Origin: an uncultured candidate division Zixibacteria bacterium
GTDB lineage: Bacteria > Zixibacteria > MSB-5A5 > GN15 > PGXB01
Assembly (NCBI GenBank): GCA_963702205.1
Contig: OY969724.1
Location: forward strand, 768,001-832,000
Direction of reading: 5' to 3'
DNA: 64,000 nucleotides
Below are positions 60,451 through 64,000 of the stretch, piece by piece (the first letter of the stretch is position 1; the number at the start of each line of letters is the position of its first letter). The notes under the pieces are model-generated. The model was not told the origin of the DNA, made no database searches, and saw only the letters and a list, made by a program, of their open reading frames with translations. The position numbers and the translations under genes are program-made.

Positions 60451-63400
60451 TTACGGGCAAATCGGTTCCGGTCCCGGAGGGGAATTATACTTGTATGCGA
60501 TCAGGTACAAAATATCTATCAGATTGACAGCACCATCACCGTTGGCGTCGCCCGCTTCGGGGGGTATCGGAGCCGGTCCCGGTGGGGTATTGTACTTATA
60601 AGCAATCAGATACAATATGTCCAGCAGATTGACAACCTGATCACCGCTGGCATCACCGCATATATATTCCGCTATTTCGCAGGCGTCGCCAATACCATCC
60701 TCGTCTTCGTCTTCCTGAAGCGGATTATAATTGAGTGGGCAATTATCGCTGGTATCAAGAATGCCATCGTCGTCATCGTCAGGATCGCAAACATCGCCCA
60801 ATAAATCGCCATCGGTATCAAGCTGATCAAGATTATTATCGTTGGGGCAATTATCGCAGCCATCGGGAATACCATCGCTGTCGGCATTAGCATTATCATT
60901 GAAACCAGGACAAATATCGCAGGCGTCGCCAATACCGTCGCCGTCACTGTCGGTCTGATCGGGATTAGGTACTGATGGGCAGTTATCCCATTCATCATCC
61001 CAGCCAGTGCTATAGTCATCGCAGCTACTGCAGGTTGTGTCCGGATCATACCAGCCATCGCCGTCGCTGTCGGTGCAAACACTGCCAGTAATTGTTTTCA
61101 CCCTTAGCTCATTCCAACCCTTGTTGTTGGTCGCCCAGTCGTCATTGTCGTGCACTTCCGGGGTGATTTCATTAAAGGGATCGATTACCGCCCAGATAAG
61201 CTGACAAGCAGGGATATTAGACGGCACTCGATAGTGCATCATGGCAATGGCACTGCCCTGCGGGGCTATTACAGTCGGGTTACCGAGAGTATCACAGGCA
61301 TAGAAAACACTGTCGCCGCTGTTTTTATCCTTAAGAATCAGGCCATGGGCCGGATTACCAAGATAAAAACTGACTTTAACATTACCCTGCGTGGGTACCA
61401 GGCTGTAATTGTGCACCCGGGCGGCGATGAGGATCGTATCATTTGGAGCGGGATTATCCGGGACGAATAGTATTTCTCTGGTTCGATACCTATATCTTTC
61501 CGCATCAGTGGTGCCCAATTTCTCTTTTTCCAAACGCCACGGCAGGATAAAGGCGGGGTCCTCAACGCTATAATGGATTTGCCACCAGCTTGGAGGCAAC
61601 TTCGATTGATTTTGACAAGGTTCGACAGCGTAATCGATAACAAGGGCGCCGGAATTGGCCCAATAAGCGTAAGGTCTTACACGATACTTTCTGTTGTCCG
61701 CATATGATCCGAGGGTATTAATAGCCTCAAAATAGACTTTAACAGCGTCGGTCCTATGGTAACTCGTCGTCATGGTTGATAGCTCCCCACCACTGTAAGA
61801 ATTACCATTGCTGGTTTCATTTCCTATTTCGAAATGAAATAGTGACGACCCCAACGTTGTCTTAAAAGCATCCACTCCGAACGTAAAGCTGGCGGAGGCC
61901 TCAAAAGTCAAGCCTTTTGTCGTATCATAAGTTGAACTATAGTCAGTTGACGAGTCAACAGATGTCGTTACATCCAGCGCCTGCGAGAGAGTCCATACAC
62001 TGGGGGAGCCAATTTGCTGCATTGTCCACATATCTGTTGCCTGGCCAATGACACCGGATGCCATCAAAGGATTGTACGACAATTCCCCAGCTTCATTGCA
62101 GGGCGGATAGGAGAGAATGTTTTCGACTTCATGATTTGGCAGCAAATTATTACAGTCTATGGCAGGGTCGGTCGTGTTGCTTGTATATTGCGGACCAAGC
62201 ACCATGACATCTCCCCTTTTTTTGCCCCCTGCAAAAATCGGGTATTCGAATACACGGCAACTATATCTAATGTATTGTATCTGGTCAACATTTGAGGTAA
62301 TGTCCCATCCAACCGTAATAGTTTTCGAAAGACTGGAGTCTTTTGCAAACCCTTCACCATAAGTCGAATCAAAGTAATTGCTGGCGTTAAAACCTCCATA
62401 ATCATGCCAATTTTTCACACTATTCGATACTCCCCAATCCCAGTGCAATTTAGTTTCCGTCATAAGGGTTGCTTGCTCATCCTTAATATATTCGACTCTA
62501 CTATTATAAGCGGGGTCGCCCGGGAAGGGATAGCGCCTGCTGATATCCCAGGTTGTGCCATTCAGAATATCGTAATGGACGGGGGGGGCATAGATTAACG
62601 CCAGCGGTTGGACAATGCTGTCAATGGTAAATGATATGGGCGGGCCGAGTGTAACCGTCATAGTGTCCATATCTGCCAGAACCAGCTCGCTTAAGCCATT
62701 AAGGCCTGTTTCCAGCGCGTCGAGGAAAACCATGCTATCCAAAGCACAGACGGATTCAGTGTCCGGATAAATTCCAAAAACTTCGATTTTCGGCGCGCCC
62801 GTATTATTGGACAGGAGCATGGTCAGGTCGGTCCAGCCATCACCGGTAACTTCACCCAGCGCCACGGTCCGACGGCCGGAAAACATGTCGCCCGGATTCA
62901 TATCGCTCCTGATTCCATCAACTACGGCCGTATCTACTATCTGGCAGAGAGTTCCGCCATCAAATGAATATCCCTTAACAAACTGCTCAATGCTGTCTCC
63001 ATTCTGGCGGCAGGACGTAATAAATAGCTCATCTACTATATTGTCGCCTGGCAAGTTTCGGTCAATATTTCCGGCCATAATGTCCATAGGCAGTTCACTG
63101 CGCAAACCAAAAGCTGACCAGGACGCTCCGTCCCAGCCTGCTATATTATTGGCAATTGCGCCACCGGCCGTTGTGAAATCGCCCCCGGCTATCAGCTTGC
63201 CATCATAATAGTCAGTGAGGGCCTTGACACAACAGTCGTCCATCCCCGATCCCAGCGGCGACCAAGTAGTGATATTCCAGGAAGCTATGTGATTGGCACT
63301 CACGCCGTCGGCGGTTGTGAAGTATCCCCCGGCGATCAGATTGTTATTATAGATTGTGAAGGCCCTGACTATACTGTTCATACCCGTGCCCACCGGAACC

Positions 63401-64000
63401 CAAATCGAGACGTTAAAGCGGGCAATATTATTGGCACTCACACCGCCGGCGGTTGTGAAGCTGCCCCCGGCGATCAGCTGGCCACCAAAGAATTTGAGGG
63501 CAAAGACTGGTCCATTCATCCCCGATCCCAGCGGCGACCAGGCTGAGGTTGTGTTATCCCAAGCTGCTATACGATTGGCGCTTGTTCCACCGGCGGTTGT
63601 GAAAGCTCCCCCGGCAAACAGCTTGTCATTATGAACAGTGAAGGCAATGACTGGGCCATTCATTCCCGATCCCAGCGGCGACCAGGCGGAGGTAGTGTTA
63701 TCCCAAGCTGCTATGCGATTGGCGCTTATGCCGCCGGCGGTTGTGAAATCCCCCCCGGCTATCAGCTTGCCATCATAAACTGTGAGGGCATAGACTATAT
63801 CATTCATCCCCGTTCCCAGCGGCGACCAGGTGGTGCCATCCCAGGCTGCTATATTATTGACGCTCACGCCGCCAGCAGTTGTGAAATAACCACCGGCTAT
63901 CAGCTTGCCATCATAAACTGTGAGGGCATAGACTGGTCCGTTCATCCCCGATCCCAGCGGCGACCAGGTGGTGCCATCCCAAGCCGCCCAGGCCGCAATA
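60451..64000 (-). CDS. Large multidomain surface protein (5' end outside the window): beta-propeller repeats, S/T-rich beta domain, CARDB-like domain, TSP3 repeats, dockerin
   Basis: Frame is open to the window end. ~45-aa V.AL.V.DGKLIAGG.FTTAGG..AN.IA.WDG..WSPLG.GM repeats, DNCP...N.DQ.D.D repeats, and a terminal CGDA.GD..VNLLDIL...PICP. Confidence 0.88.
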   Translation of the reverse strand, partial: IAAWAAWDGTTWSPLGSGMNGPVYALTVYDGKLIAGGYFTTAGGVSVNNIAAWDGTTWSPLGTGMNDIVYALTVYDGKLIAGGDFTTAGGISANRIAAWDNTTSAWSPLGSGMNGPVIAFTVHNDKLFAGGAFTTAGGTSANRIAAWDNTTSAWSPLGSGMNGPVFALKFFGGQLIAGGSFTTAGGVSANNIARFNVSIWVPVGTGMNSIVRAFTIYNNNLIAGGYFTTADGVSANHIASWNITTWSPLGSGMDDCCVKALTDYYDGKLIAGGDFTTAGGAIANNIAGWDGASWSAFGLRSELPMDIMAGNIDRNLPGDNIVDELFITSCRQNGDSIEQFVKGYSFDGGTLCQIVDTAVVDGIRSDMNPGDMFSGRRTVALGEVTGDGWTDLTMLLSNNTGAPKIEVFGIYPDTESVCALDSMVFLDALETGLNGLSELVLADMDTMTVTLGPPISFTIDSIVQPLALIYAPPVHYDILNGTTWDISRRYPFPGDPAYNSRVEYIKDEQATLMTETKLHWDWGVSNSVKNWHDYGGFNASNYFDSTYGEGFAKDSSLSKTITVGWDITSNVDQIQYIRYSCRVFEYPIFAGGKKRGDVMVLGPQYTSNTTDPAIDCNNLLPNHEVENILSYPPCNEAGELSYNPLMASGVIGQATDMWTMQQIGSPSVWTLSQALDVTTSVDSSTDYSSTYDTTKGLTFEASASFTFGVDAFKTTLGSSLFHFEIGNETSNGNSYSGGELSTMTTSYHRTDAVKVYFEAINTLGSYADNRKYRVRPYAYWANSGALVIDYAVEPCQNQSKLPPSWWQIHYSVEDPAFILPWRLEKEKLGTTDAERYRYRTREILFVPDNPAPNDTILIAARVHNYSLVPTQGNVKVSFYLGNPAHGLILKDKNSGDSVFYACDTLGNPTVIAPQGSAIAMMHYRVPSNIPACQLIWAVIDPFNEITPEVHDNDDWATNNKGWNELRVKTITGSVCTDSDGDGWYDPDTTCSSCDDYSTGWDDEWDNCPSVPNPDQTDSDGDGIGDACDICPGFNDNANADSDGIPDGCDNCPNDNNLDQLDTDGDLLGDVCDPDDDDDGILDTSDNCPLNYNPLQEDEDEDGIGDACEIAEYICGDASGDQVVNLLDILYLIAYKYNTPPGPAPIPPEAGDANGDGAVNLIDILYLIAYKYNSPPGPEPICP

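Overview
Bacterial chromosomal window, probably from an FCB-group organism and most likely candidate phylum Zixibacteria. This is an inference from the tmRNA tag GEYNYAMAA, a homodimeric GlyQS, T9SS/FlgD-type C-terminal domains and many CGD...PIC dockerin-like domains. The left 2.8 kb is the end of an integrative element (VirD4-like ATPase, small ORF, tyrosine integrase) inserted at the 3' end of tmRNA. The backbone carries housekeeping genes (glyQS, recO, ftsB-like, mutM, iscU, birA, nadC, corA, mscS x2, PNP, divIVA, yggS, alr, rex with Rex boxes, tRNA-Glu) and an ArsR/ArsP/thioredoxin/ArsF/ArsG cluster. It also encodes many secreted multidomain proteins that end in either a T9SS-like CTD or a dockerin. 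AT-rich accessory patches include an Upf1/DNA2-like helicase plus membrane protein pair, several ORFans, and a 49.7-55.2 kb duplicated array of promoter + beta-propeller + peptidoglycan amidase-dockerin modules. That array is the best candidate for an undescribed effector/partner system. Intergenic regions are crowded with several GTAG-type REP palindrome families, dRS3-like repeats and a MITE inserted into a REP loop. At least four single-base frameshifts suggest assembly indel errors.
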